A stretch of 64,000 nt of DNA, from NCBI GenBank assembly GCA_963713825.1, contig CAVQNG010000001.1, positions 350,272-414,271 of the forward strand. Reading direction: 5' to 3'. Shown here in pieces: positions 39,375-49,085 of this stretch. The notes under the pieces were generated by a model. The model was not told the origin of the DNA. It did not search any database and saw only the letters and a program-made list of their open reading frames with translations. How positions within the stretch are numbered: position 1 is the stretch's first letter; each line of letters opens with the position of its first letter. A program made the position numbers and the translations under genes. The DNA is from an uncultured Acidobacteriota bacterium. GTDB lineage: Bacteria; Acidobacteriota; Thermoanaerobaculia; Multivoradales; JAHEKO01.

Positions 39375-41759
39375 CTAACTGCGGACACCCAACATGAGAT
39401 AGATCGAAAGGATGATAAAGGCGATGCTGGGGCTCCACACGGCCAACATTGGCGGTAACGCGCCAGTTTCGCCCAAAGTACTACTGAAGGCGAGCAATGC
39501 GAAGAAGACCATACCCAACACGACACCGATACCGACGCCGTAGAGGGTGCCTTTCCGGCCCAGGCGAAACGAGAAAGGCAAAGCAACAAGAGACATGACG
39601 AGCGATGCGAACGGCAGTGACACCTTCTTATGCAGCTCCACCTGCAGCTCGGGGACTGCCTGGCCGCTGCCTTCGAGCTCATCGATGTACTCCTTCAGCT
39701 CGCCGTAGGACATGGCCTTGGGCAGTTTGTACTCCGATTCGAAATAGTCCGGGGTTTCAGGGTAGGCGTCGATCACTGGCTGATCGAAGACCCGAAAGTC
39801 GAGGACCTCGCCGGCATCGAACGACCGCACCCAGCCGTTTTCGAACAGCCAAGCTTCTCCCAGGTACTGAGCAGTCTCCGCAAACAACCGTCGCGTGAAA
39901 CGATCCTCCTCGTTGAACTCGAACACCTGCAAGCGACTCAAGGCCTGAGTCTCGCTATCGTAGCGCAGGTAGTTGTAGATGTAGCGACCCTGGCCGAAGA
40001 GCCACTGTCGATCGGCCCTCCGGTAGGAACGTGCGGCGGTCCTGCCTTTGATGGTGTCGTCCGCCTGAGCCACGCGTGCATTGGCTGCTGGAAGAATCCT
40101 GGCTTCCAAGAAGCCGCAGAATGCCACCACCACCAAAGCCGAGAACAGTGCTGGGACAGCAATTCTGAAGAGGCTGATACCGAGGGCTTTGGTTGCCGTG
40201 ACCTCGTTGGACTTCGAGAGGATTCCGAAAACGATCAGGGTCGTGACGAGGACCGCGATCGGAGCAATCTCGAAAATGATCTGCAGGGTCAAGTACTTGT
40301 AGTAGGTTGCGACGACGCCAATTCCGGGGTCGTTCTTCAGGATGTCGTCCATGCGGTCGGCGATGTCGGCAACGATGTAGACAGCAAGACCCGACAGTAC
40401 GACCAGGGTGAAGACGCTCGTGAAGAGGCGAATGACATATCGATCCAGAATATTCGGGAAGCGAATGCGCAGCCTGGGTAGGCGCAGAACGACATGTGGG
40501 CTCTCGGCAGCGGCCTGAACGACGCCGGAATCAGCATCTGTTGACTCTCGTGCCATGGGAGTCCTGCGGAGCCAGTTCTTGGGACTCAACCATGGGCGTT
40601 TGCGCAGCCATTGATCGATGCCGCCCAACATGAAGGACTTGTCGCTGTTGCGCCGAATCAGGAGGTAAAGGCCGAGAGCACCAAGGACGAAGTTGGGCAG
40701 CCACATGGCGACCCAGGGCTCCAGCTTGCCAACGCGAGCGGCCTCTTCGCCATTGGTCAGCAATATGTAATAGACCATGATGACCCCAATGGACACGGCG
40801 AAGCCGGAGGAGCGACTGCCCCTACCGGTGCTATAGGCCAGAGGCAGAGCGAGCAGGCCGAACACGAAGCATGCTGCTGGAATCGAGAACTTCTTATGGA
40901 TTTCGATCTCAGTAGCGAGGCGGAGCTCCTTGCTCAAGGCGGAGTTAGAGGCTTGCGCTCGAAGCTCCGTGAGAGTCTGCTCGCGGACCCCCTTTGACGT
41001 ATTGGCGGTATTGCGCTGCTGAGAGGTGTACTCGTCGACCAGGACCCGATCGAGACTGGAAATCAGCGTCGTGTGGTACTTCTCGGGCGACCGAAAGTCC
41101 ATTTTGTGGATAACCGCATTCTCCAGGTGTAAGATCAGACGATCTCCGGCTTCGTCGAGCCGAACCTGTCCACGCTCGGCAACCGTTACCTGATTCTCGT
41201 TACTGGGTAGATCCTCCGCAACGAAAACTCCCTCCCAGTATGGGGACTCTTGGGGAGCCTCGAAAATGTAGAGGACAAGGCCCTCCCAGTCCTGGTAGAA
41301 CACCCGCGGCTCGACCTGTCGGGTGACGCTGCTACCCAGAATATCGATCCTCAGGTGTTGGAGGGCGTTGTTTCCCCGCGGCAGAGCTCCGATCATAAGG
41401 ACACCATTGACAACGGTGAGCAAGGCCGAGATCGCCAGCACGGGGCGGGCCAAAGAGAAGAGACTGATCCCGTTGGCGCGCATCGCCACCAATTCGCTGT
41501 CTGCCGCAAGTCGACCGATCGCAACAAGAATCCCAAACAGAAGGGCCATCGGTATGGTCAGGACGACGATGTTGGGAAGAGTGAACAGCAGGAGCTTTCC
41601 AACCTGGGCAGCTGGAACTTCCCGACGGATGATCATGTCCGCCGAACGGAAGAGAAACTGCATCAAGAGCAGAAAGGTATAGACCACGAAGCCGAGGGTG
41701 AGTGGCCCGAGGACTTCACGGAAGACGTACTTGTCGAGCTTGCGCATTCGTAGGGGCAC
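39375..41759 (-). CDS. Fused LptF-LptG LPS export permease
   Basis: Two tandem LptF/G modules (DSELVAMRANG; SNEVTATKALG). Confidence 0.9.
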   Translation of the reverse strand: MPLRMRKLDKYVFREVLGPLTLGFVVYTFLLLMQFLFRSADMIIRREVPAAQVGKLLLFTLPNIVVLTIPMALLFGILVAIGRLAADSELVAMRANGISLFSLARPVLAISALLTVVNGVLMIGALPRGNNALQHLRIDILGSSVTRQVEPRVFYQDWEGLVLYIFEAPQESPYWEGVFVAEDLPSNENQVTVAERGQVRLDEAGDRLILHLENAVIHKMDFRSPEKYHTTLISSLDRVLVDEYTSQQRNTANTSKGVREQTLTELRAQASNSALSKELRLATEIEIHKKFSIPAACFVFGLLALPLAYSTGRGSRSSGFAVSIGVIMVYYILLTNGEEAARVGKLEPWVAMWLPNFVLGALGLYLLIRRNSDKSFMLGGIDQWLRKRPWLSPKNWLRRTPMARESTDADSGVVQAAAESPHVVLRLPRLRIRFPNILDRYVIRLFTSVFTLVVLSGLAVYIVADIADRMDDILKNDPGIGVVATYYKYLTLQIIFEIAPIAVLVTTLIVFGILSKSNEVTATKALGISLFRIAVPALFSALVVVAFCGFLEARILPAANARVAQADDTIKGRTAARSYRRADRQWLFGQGRYIYNYLRYDSETQALSRLQVFEFNEEDRFTRRLFAETAQYLGEAWLFENGWVRSFDAGEVLDFRVFDQPVIDAYPETPDYFESEYKLPKAMSYGELKEYIDELEGSGQAVPELQVELHKKVSLPFASLVMSLVALPFSFRLGRKGTLYGVGIGVVLGMVFFALLAFSSTLGETGALPPMLAVWSPSIAFIILSIYLMLGVRS

Positions 41760-41862
41760 CGTGGCCGATTATACGGTCGAAAGGGTGCCCGCGTCGCAAA
41801 GAAGTCGAGTGCGAGTTATTGAGAAGGAGTGTCAGCTCGGCCTATCAAGGTGCCTACATCCG

Positions 41863-41890
41863 GAGTCCGATAAGATATATTATGTAAACC
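41863..41890 (+). other. dif: dif-like XerC/XerD recombination site
   Basis: GAGTCCGATAA-GATATA-TTATGTAAACC has the 11-6-11 layout of E. coli dif (GGTGCGCATAA-TGTATA-TTATGTTAAAT); AT-rich and intergenic. Confidence 0.85.
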
Positions 41891-41939
41891 TACGCTATAT
41901 AGACTGGCTCAGGAGGCCCTCCTCTGCAGGAGGCGTTCC

Positions 41940-42827
41940 TTACTGCTCCTTCGCTTCTTGCAGCTGGGTAAGGATTTGCTCTAGAGCCTGAATGAGATCC
42001 TGCTTGTCCACCGTGCTCTTGCGAAAGGTCAATGCCAGATTGTAGGTCTTGTCTGGCGACTTGAACCGAAACACATAGGGCTTCTGACGGCCTCTGCTTG
42101 GCGCATTTTGGCCTTGACGCTTGCGGGCTTTCGCCGCCTCCCGCAGATCGTCCCGAGTCAGCCCTCGGCTTGCAACCTCTTCCAATAAGCGGACCATTTC
42201 CCCTTCGTCGCCCCCCGACGCCTTGAGCACCTCCAGAAGAAGAGACTTTGAGAGCAGATCCAGGGCCATGGCGACGGTTCGGGCTTTCGGTGGAATCTGC
42301 AGGAGTCCGAGGCTTTCGGTGACAACGCTTCGAGATTTGCCAACCGCAGCCGCGATCTGCTCGTGCTTGTACCCATACTGTTCAGCCAACCGCCGGTATC
42401 CTTCTCCTTCTTCGAAGGGCGTCAAGTCCTTTCTCTGAAGATTCTCGACCAGGGCGATTTCGAGCGCCTCCTCGTCGTCCAGGTCCATCTCGATAACCGG
42501 CACATCGTAGAGGCCGGCCTCGATTGCGGCCTGGAATCTCCTTTCTCCGGAAACGATCCAGAAGCATTCTTCTTCGTCACTGTCGCCTCCGCGCGGACGC
42601 ACCAATATAGGCTCGAGGACACCCTTGTCGCTAATCGAGGCGGTCAAGTCGGTCAAATCGCCCATCTCCGTTCGTGGCTGCTCCGGATCCGGCATGATCA
42701 GGGCCAAGGGCACCATTCGACCAACCGGCTCGACTTCCCTCGAGGTCAATTCATCAACGAAGTGAGAATCGTGTCGCATCTTGACGCGGCCGGGAAGTCC
42801 CCGCTTCTTGCCCTGGGTTTCAGACAC
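41940..42827 (-). CDS. parB: ParB-family CTPase/DNA-binding protein with divergent HTH
   Basis: QPR, GVLEPILVR, SGERR, ENLQRKDL, GKSRS; GTG start overlaps the parA stop region. Confidence 0.92.
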   Translation of the reverse strand: MSETQGKKRGLPGRVKMRHDSHFVDELTSREVEPVGRMVPLALIMPDPEQPRTEMGDLTDLTASISDKGVLEPILVRPRGGDSDEEECFWIVSGERRFQAAIEAGLYDVPVIEMDLDDEEALEIALVENLQRKDLTPFEEGEGYRRLAEQYGYKHEQIAAAVGKSRSVVTESLGLLQIPPKARTVAMALDLLSKSLLLEVLKASGGDEGEMVRLLEEVASRGLTRDDLREAAKARKRQGQNAPSRGRQKPYVFRFKSPDKTYNLALTFRKSTVDKQDLIQALEQILTQLQEAKEQ

Positions 42828-43578
42828 GGCTGAGGATCTCCTCGGACAACTTGTAGTACTGGAAGGCTCCACTGGACCGAGGGGCGTAAGAGAAGATTGG
42901 TTCCCGGTAGGCAGGGCTCTCCTCGAGCCTGACACTCTTGGAGATTACGGTCTCGAACAACTTGTCTCCAAAGACCTCTTTGACCTGGTCTCGAATGTCC
43001 CGCGACAGAATCGTTCGCCCATCGAAGAGCGTCAAGACTGCTCCCAGTATCTGCAGGCGCCGATTCGCCCGCTGCTTGATCTTGTCGATCGTCTCCAGGA
43101 GATCATCCGTACCTTCGAGAGCGAAGTAACTGGATTGAATCGGAATCAAGACATGGGTTGCGGCCACCATGGCGTTGACGGTGATAATCCCCAAGGCCGG
43201 GGGTGTGTCTATGATGACGTAATCGTATCGGCGACGTACCTTGCTCAGCTTGTCCTTCAATCGATAGTAGCTGTCCAACTCTCCGAGCAACGTGGCCTCG
43301 ATCTTGGCAAGGGCGATGGATGAAGGTGCGACATGCAGATTCGGTACGTGCTCCGCCTCCAAGACGACATCGGCCATGTCGATTGCTGGGTCGGTCAGCA
43401 CGTCGTAAATCGTGCGCTCGAGCTGGTGAATCTCGACGAATGACAGCGAGCTGTTCGCTTGAGGGTCGAGGTCGATGAGCAGGGTCTTCAGCCCCTTCAA
43501 CGCCATCGCCGCGGCCAGATTGATGGCCGTCGTGGTCTTGCCGACTCCGCCCTTCTGATTGGTGATCGCGATGATCAT
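42820..43578 (-). CDS. parA: ParA/Soj ATPase
   Basis: NQKGGVGKTTT, DLDPQAN, DTPP, VRLEESP. Confidence 0.95.
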   Translation of the reverse strand: MIIAITNQKGGVGKTTTAINLAAAMALKGLKTLLIDLDPQANSSLSFVEIHQLERTIYDVLTDPAIDMADVVLEAEHVPNLHVAPSSIALAKIEATLLGELDSYYRLKDKLSKVRRRYDYVIIDTPPALGIITVNAMVAATHVLIPIQSSYFALEGTDDLLETIDKIKQRANRRLQILGAVLTLFDGRTILSRDIRDQVKEVFGDKLFETVISKSVRLEESPAYREPIFSYAPRSSGAFQYYKLSEEILSRV

Positions 43579-43590
43579 GGGATCGGCAGG

Positions 43591-43619
43591 AGTCTATTTG
43601 AACGATTCGAGAGGGTCAA
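43591..43619 (-). promoter_or_regulatory. Sigma70 promoter of parAB (TTGACC-17-TAGACT), nearly leaderless
   Basis: -35 at 43619-43614, -10 at 43596-43591, ATG at 43578. Confidence 0.65.
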
Positions 43620-43670
43620 GTGTGGCATCGCCCTGCTGCTCGAAAGTTGAAGCGAGCACCCTCTTGCAGA

Positions 43671-43692
43671 CAATGTCGGCGCGCCGACATTG
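43671..43692. promoter_or_regulatory. Perfect 22-bp palindrome, candidate parS-like site
   Basis: CAATGTCGGCG|CGCCGACATTG; 16-bp core TGT-N10-ACA as in parS. Confidence 0.55.
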
Positions 43693-43778
43693 GAGCTAAG
43701 TCACTGAAAACAATGCTTTTCATCGTTGAGGTGAAGCGATTGTCAGGTGCTGAGGCAGGGCTGTTGCGAACAGTCTCT

Positions 43779-44291
43779 CTACATCTCGTAGTTGCCCAGA
43801 TCATCGGATGAGGCGTCCTCGAGCCATTTTCTGAGGCGCTCTCTTTCCGATCCGTCTGCTTCGGCATCAGTCCGCTGGGCGGCCTCTAGCACCCTTTCGA
43901 GCACATAGATTGGAGCCTGGGCGCGGAGAGCCAGGGCGATAGCATCGCTCGGTCGCGAATCCAATTCGACGACTTCTCCACTGTCACCGACCTTCAGAAA
44001 AATGGTGGCGAAAAAGGTACTCTCCGCCAGGTCATGAATGAGAACTCTCTCGACCGCAGCCCTGGCAGCCAACAGGACGTCGCCGAGGAGATCATGGGTC
44101 ATGGGACGCGGAACTTCGACTCCTTCAAGGCTGATTGCGATGGCATTGGCTTCGAATGCGCCGATCCAGATTGGAAGCTCAGCTTCACCACCCTCTTCCC
44201 GCAGAATTACGATCGGGGTCTTGGAGGAAGGGTCCATCATCAAACCCTGGACTTCCATTCTTCTCGCAGAACCATCTTTCTCAGTCGCCAT
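43779..44291 (-). CDS. Bifunctional nuclease family protein (DUF151)
   Basis: LPIWIGAFEA, RPMTHDL, DSRPSDAIALALR. Confidence 0.92.
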   Translation of the reverse strand: MATEKDGSARRMEVQGLMMDPSSKTPIVILREEGGEAELPIWIGAFEANAIAISLEGVEVPRPMTHDLLGDVLLAARAAVERVLIHDLAESTFFATIFLKVGDSGEVVELDSRPSDAIALALRAQAPIYVLERVLEAAQRTDAEADGSERERLRKWLEDASSDDLGNYEM

Positions 44292-44375
44292 GAGCAGAAC
44301 CCTCTCGGTCGGTATTCTGCGATCCTCCGTGCACTGCGTCAAGCTCTGCACGGGGCAAGAGATATCCAGCTCGAC

Positions 44376-45707
44376 CTAGGGGAGTTCTGTTTGGCGTCCG
44401 AGGAGGCTGTGGGGATTGGCCTTCTCGATGACAATCGGCGCAATGCTGCCCAGGGGGTGGGTCGCTGGCTCGGCTGGGAAATGGACGATCCTGTGACAAG
44501 CCGTGCGGCCGCTCTGGAGTTGCGGCTGCTCCGACCACCCTGTCACCAGTACGTCCATCTCAGACCCCACCAGCTGTTCGTTCAGGCTGCGCTGAATGGA
44601 TTCCTGTACCTGAAGTAGTTTCTGAAGTCTTCGACTGGCGATACTGTCGTCTACCGGGTCGGGCAGTTGAACCGCTGCAGTCCCTGGTCTCGGGGAGTAC
44701 TTGAATGCATAGATCGACGCGAACCCAGTCTCCTCGACGAGAAGGCGCGTCTGTTCGAAGTCGCCCTCCGTCTCACCCGGGAATCCCACAATGAGATCCG
44801 TGGACAGGGCCAGGTCGGGCCTGGCTTGCCTGAGCTGCCCCACGAGGTCCTTGAAGGCACCGACGGTGTAGCCACGACCCATTCGCTTGAGAATTCGATC
44901 CGAGCCCGATTGGACTGGCAAATGCAGGTAAGGGCAGATGTTGGCATGGCGCGCGAATTGCTCCACCATCCGTGGGCTGAAGTCCCGCGGATACGAGGTT
45001 ACAAAACGCAGCCTCTGGACCCCAGGAATCTTCGCCACGCGGTCCAGGAGATCGGCAAAATCCCAATCACCGTTTGGTTGCCGCCAATGATTGACCGTCT
45101 GTCCCAGGAGCTCGATCTCGAGGAAACCGTAGTCGACAAGATGCTCGACTTCGCTGACGATCTCCTCGATCGGGCGACATCGCTCGGGACCCCGTGTGAA
45201 TGGCACTATGCAGAATGTGCAGTTCTTGTCGCACCCTTCGATCACGGTGACCATGCCCTTGTAGGTCCCGACGCGAGAGATCGAATCGATGTCGAACTGG
45301 CGCTCTGCGGGAAAGCCTGTGGCAACGATTCGCTCGCCGGGCTGCCGGCGGGCGAGAATTTGGGATAGCTCCCCGACTCTGGCAGGCCCGAGCACGAAGT
45401 CCAGATCAGGATTGCGATCGAGAGCCGTCTCCCCCACCTGCTGGGCGACACAGCCACAGAGACCGATGAGCAGTTCTGGGTGGTCAGCTTTGAAGCGGCG
45501 ATACCTGCCGAGTTGAGAGAAGACCTTGTGCTCCGCTTTCTCCCTGACACTGCAGGAGTTCAATAGGATGATGTCGGCATCCTCGACATTGCGGGTCGGC
45601 AGCATGCCGGACTGCATGAGCTGCCCTGCCATACGCTGAGTGTCCAGCTCATTCATCTGGCAGCCCCACGTCTCGATCCAGAATGTCTTTGCTTTGGAAG
45701 ACCTCAC
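44376..45707 (-). CDS. miaB: tRNA methylthiotransferase MiaB
   Basis: GCQMN, NSCSVRE, CDKNCTFC radical SAM motif, TRAM domain. Confidence 0.95.
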   Translation of the reverse strand: MRSSKAKTFWIETWGCQMNELDTQRMAGQLMQSGMLPTRNVEDADIILLNSCSVREKAEHKVFSQLGRYRRFKADHPELLIGLCGCVAQQVGETALDRNPDLDFVLGPARVGELSQILARRQPGERIVATGFPAERQFDIDSISRVGTYKGMVTVIEGCDKNCTFCIVPFTRGPERCRPIEEIVSEVEHLVDYGFLEIELLGQTVNHWRQPNGDWDFADLLDRVAKIPGVQRLRFVTSYPRDFSPRMVEQFARHANICPYLHLPVQSGSDRILKRMGRGYTVGAFKDLVGQLRQARPDLALSTDLIVGFPGETEGDFEQTRLLVEETGFASIYAFKYSPRPGTAAVQLPDPVDDSIASRRLQKLLQVQESIQRSLNEQLVGSEMDVLVTGWSEQPQLQSGRTACHRIVHFPAEPATHPLGSIAPIVIEKANPHSLLGRQTELP

Positions 45708-46651
45708 GCTCCGTCCCCCCCGGGGTCTGGAGCAACCACTGGGTCTGTAATCTCCTCGTCCATCAGGTCCGGTTCACCCGGCCTTGAAATGCCGACCCCC
45801 TCCTCCTCTGCCTGCACTGGCTCCAGCTCGATGCCTTCCCGTAGCCAACCCGGCAAGGCGCCCGCCACTCTGCCTTCCTCCATGAACTCGTCCAACTCCT
45901 GCTGCTTCAGGTCGACTTCCTCCCGAGCACGATTCAACTCTTCGATCGCATGGTCCCATGCAGGCTTGATCTGGGCATCGCGATAGAAGGGATCATCCTC
46001 GGCGTAGAATCTCATTCGTAGATTGAAGACGTCTCCCTCGAGCTCTTCAATCCTTTCGTCAGCTTCCTTCCAGGCCAGTCGAATGTCGTAACCCCGATCA
46101 CGCCAGTAAGCCTCGTCGAGCGCTAGATCCTTCTCGTCTCGAGTCTCCGATCCCAGGCTCTCATTCGTGATCACGGTGGTCGAGCTCTCGGTTTCCGTCA
46201 ACTGCCCAGTCGCATAGTCCGACAGGTTCTTGTCGTTGATGACGATTTGGGTCTTTTGCGTCTCTCCCCGCCGATTCCTCTCCGCTCGCGCGCTCTCCAC
46301 GAGAGTCATCTCCCGCTCCCCGGCCGCCGCCACCTGATCTTCGATCACGATCATCGTGTCGTCTTCTTCCAGCACCACGTCGTCAGCCACAATCGCATCG
46401 TTAGTCACAACCGCATCGTCGCTGCTCGGCTGCTCTTCGCTCTCCTCTTGAACCACCGCTGGCTCGACTTCCTCGTAGACGGGTTCGTCTTCCTCGGTCA
46501 CCACGTATTCCTCGAACTCCGAGTCCTCGAGGGTGGCCTGACTGACGCTTTGTGGTGGCAAGCTGTCGGACTCGGACTGAAGACCCGAGCAAGCTGCCAC
46601 AGAGAGCAAGAGTATTGCTGCTGCAGCGCAATCGATGATGCGGCGGGTCAC
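45704..46651 (-). CDS. Very acidic hypothetical lipoprotein
   Basis: VAAC lipobox, E/D-rich N-half, helical C-half ending LPGWLR. Confidence 0.75.
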   Translation of the reverse strand: MTRRIIDCAAAAILLLSVAACSGLQSESDSLPPQSVSQATLEDSEFEEYVVTEEDEPVYEEVEPAVVQEESEEQPSSDDAVVTNDAIVADDVVLEEDDTMIVIEDQVAAAGEREMTLVESARAERNRRGETQKTQIVINDKNLSDYATGQLTETESSTTVITNESLGSETRDEKDLALDEAYWRDRGYDIRLAWKEADERIEELEGDVFNLRMRFYAEDDPFYRDAQIKPAWDHAIEELNRAREEVDLKQQELDEFMEEGRVAGALPGWLREGIELEPVQAEEEGVGISRPGEPDLMDEEITDPVVAPDPGGDGA

Positions 46652-46655
46652 GCGG

Positions 46656-47009
46656 TCAGCTTCTTCCGTAGCGATCTTCCAAGCGAACGACATCTTCGAG
46701 CTCCGGAGTCGAGACTTCGATAATGTCACAACCCTCCGGTCCGGCCGTCATCCGGTGCTGAGTTCCAGGGTGGACCCTGAAGACCATCCCAGGTCGCACT
46801 GTATGGTGGACGAGCTCGCCGTTCTCCTCGAGCACGAGCTCGTATTCTCCCTGCAGCAAATAGAGAGTCTCGTCCTTCTCTTCATGGTATTGCAGGGAGA
46901 GGGCCTCTCCTGCATTGACATGCAAGATCTTGCCGGCGTACTTCTCGGTATGGGCGAAGATCAATTCGTAGCCCCAAGGTTTGTCGACTGTGCGAACCGC
47001 AGATTCCAT
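46656..47009 (-). CDS. Cupin (mannose-6-phosphate isomerase type II C-terminal-like)
   Basis: KPWGYE, SLQYH..KDE, HR, EVSTPE.DVVRLEDRYGR. Confidence 0.85.
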   Translation of the reverse strand: MESAVRTVDKPWGYELIFAHTEKYAGKILHVNAGEALSLQYHEEKDETLYLLQGEYELVLEENGELVHHTVRPGMVFRVHPGTQHRMTAGPEGCDIIEVSTPELEDVVRLEDRYGRS

Positions 47010-47055
47010 TCAGGATCCTCCGTCTCTGGCACTTATCGCCAGGCAAGATGTCATT

Positions 47056-48813
47056 CTAGGGAAGCGCAGCCTGGCGCGCCAGGTAGCTGTCAAGGCACCG
47101 CTCGACTTCGGCCGCCGAGCCCATCGTGAGGCAGCGCTCCGTGGCTTCTTCGAGCTCTCGCACTTCCAGGCTTCGAATCTGACTCTTGATCTCTGGAATC
47201 GATCGCGGGCTGACCGACAGGCGCCTGAGACCCATCCCGAGGAGCAGGGCCGTATAGCGCTGATCACCGGCCATCTCTCCACACATCGACACTTCTACAC
47301 TGTTGTCTCGGGCGCAGTCGAGAACAAAGCGAATCATCCGCAAGATCGCCGGATGCAGGGGACGGTAGAGGTAGGAAACGTGCTCGTTGTTGCGATCGAC
47401 AGCCAGTGAGTACTGAATCAGGTCGTTGGTCCCGATGGAGAAGAAATCCACTTCCTGCGCCAGAATGTCCGCGATCATCGCAGCTGACGGCACTTCGATC
47501 ATGATGCCGAGCTTGAAGTCTCGACTGAACTCGATGCCTTCGTCTTCGAGCTCCTTCATCACTTCGTCTGCGAAGGAGCGAAATGCCAAGATCTCATCCC
47601 TTGCCGAGACCATGGGTAGCATGATCCAGAGATTGCGACCAACACCAGCCCTGAAGAGGGCTCGCAGCTGAGTCTTGAAGATGTGGGGTCGGGCCAACGT
47701 CAAGCGGATGCCGCGCAGCCCCAAGACTGGATTCTCCTCATCCGTCGCCATGACTTCGCGGGCCAATTTGCGACCACCAAGATCGAAGGTTCTTATGAGG
47801 ACTGGATAGGGATCCATGGCGTTCAGGAGTCGAATGTAGGACGAGAGATGGTCGTCTTCGGTCGGCAGCTCTGGGGCACGCTCAATGTAGAGGAACTCAC
47901 TTCGATACAAGCCGAGACCCGCTGCGCCGAAGCGTTTGGCGTCATCGAGCTCCTCGGGGAGGTCGATGTTGGCCATCAACTCGATCGCAACGCCATCCCG
48001 AGAAACACAGGGAAGAGGTCCCGTCTCCAGTAATCTGCGCTCCTGTTCACTCTGCTTTCTCCGCTTCTCTCCGTATTCAACCAGTTGGGCCTCGAGCGGA
48101 TGCAAAATAACCGTGCCCGCTGTGCCGTCGACGATCACGGGATCGTCGTCGGTAACCATGTCCGTGACACCGTCGAGTCCGGTGACCAGGGGAATATTGA
48201 GATCCCGCGCGATGATCGATGTGTGGGAGGTCGGGCCGCCGGTCTCGATCGCGAAGGCTACGACCTGCTGTCGCCCGAGGCGAACAGCCTCCGAAGGCGT
48301 CAAATCGTGCGCCACGATGACGACATCGCTGCCGAGCTCCGATAGCTCATGGTGGGCAATTCCCTGGAGAACTCGCAACAGGTGGCGAGTCACGTCGCGA
48401 AGATCATCACCTCTCTCCCGCAAGTGCTCACTTTCGAGTTTCTCGAATCGGTCCAGGAACTCCTCACTGACCTTGTTCACGGCCCATTCGGCGTTGACTT
48501 TCTCGTCGCGGATTCTCTGCTCGACTCGCTCGAGAAACGATGCGTCTTCCAGGAGCAGGGCCTGTGCTTCGAAGATGGCCGCAAGACCGTCGCCCAGCTG
48601 CTCATGGGCCCGTTGACGAGTTGCTTGCACCTCAGCTCGAGTTTTCTGAGTGGCATTCCCCAGACGAGAGACCTCGCCTTCGACATCACTGGCAGGAATC
48701 GGGATTCGGTAAACCTCGAGGTGGTGAATGCTCAGGCAGACCGAGCGCCCGATCGCCACGCCGGGAGAGGCTCCCAGTCCTTGAAGAACCTGCGGTTCCT
48801 GCTTCGAGTCCAA
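47056..48813 (-). CDS. ptsI: PTS enzyme I
   Basis: TSHTSIIAR, GLYRSEF, NPVLGLRG, SIGTNDLIQY. Confidence 0.95.
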   Translation of the reverse strand: MDSKQEPQVLQGLGASPGVAIGRSVCLSIHHLEVYRIPIPASDVEGEVSRLGNATQKTRAEVQATRQRAHEQLGDGLAAIFEAQALLLEDASFLERVEQRIRDEKVNAEWAVNKVSEEFLDRFEKLESEHLRERGDDLRDVTRHLLRVLQGIAHHELSELGSDVVIVAHDLTPSEAVRLGRQQVVAFAIETGGPTSHTSIIARDLNIPLVTGLDGVTDMVTDDDPVIVDGTAGTVILHPLEAQLVEYGEKRRKQSEQERRLLETGPLPCVSRDGVAIELMANIDLPEELDDAKRFGAAGLGLYRSEFLYIERAPELPTEDDHLSSYIRLLNAMDPYPVLIRTFDLGGRKLAREVMATDEENPVLGLRGIRLTLARPHIFKTQLRALFRAGVGRNLWIMLPMVSARDEILAFRSFADEVMKELEDEGIEFSRDFKLGIMIEVPSAAMIADILAQEVDFFSIGTNDLIQYSLAVDRNNEHVSYLYRPLHPAILRMIRFVLDCARDNSVEVSMCGEMAGDQRYTALLLGMGLRRLSVSPRSIPEIKSQIRSLEVRELEEATERCLTMGSAAEVERCLDSYLARQAALP

Positions 48814-48815
48814 GG

Positions 48816-49085
48816 TCAGGCCTCCTCGTCGAACCGATTCGCTATCAGGTCGGAGATCGCGTCCATTGCCTCGGTCTCATCCTCTCCGTCGCACCGCACG
48901 ACAATCCGGGAGCCTTGAGCGGCCGCCAATAAGAGCACGCCGAGAATACTCTTTGCATCCACTTCTTCACCGTCTTTCTGCAGCTTCACCCGACTCGAGT
49001 ATCGGCCGGTGACGTGAACCAGCTTTGCAGCTGCGCGAGCATGCAGGCCAAGTCGATTCTTGATCTCCAATTCGCGCTCGATCAT
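48816..49085 (-). CDS. ptsH: Phosphocarrier HPr
   Basis: GLHARAAA (His15), DAKSIL (Ser46). Confidence 0.95.
   Translation of the reverse strand: MIERELEIKNRLGLHARAAAKLVHVTGRYSSRVKLQKDGEEVDAKSILGVLLLAAAQGSRIVVRCDGEDETEAMDAISDLIANRFDEEA

Noticed and set aside
41940-43578. Plasmid or prophage origin of parAB
   Set aside because: No rep, integrase or phage genes; embedded among core genes
43621-43640. Possible sigma54 promoter (TGGCAT...TGC)
   Set aside because: GG-to-GC spacing is not 10 nt, and it faces away from parA
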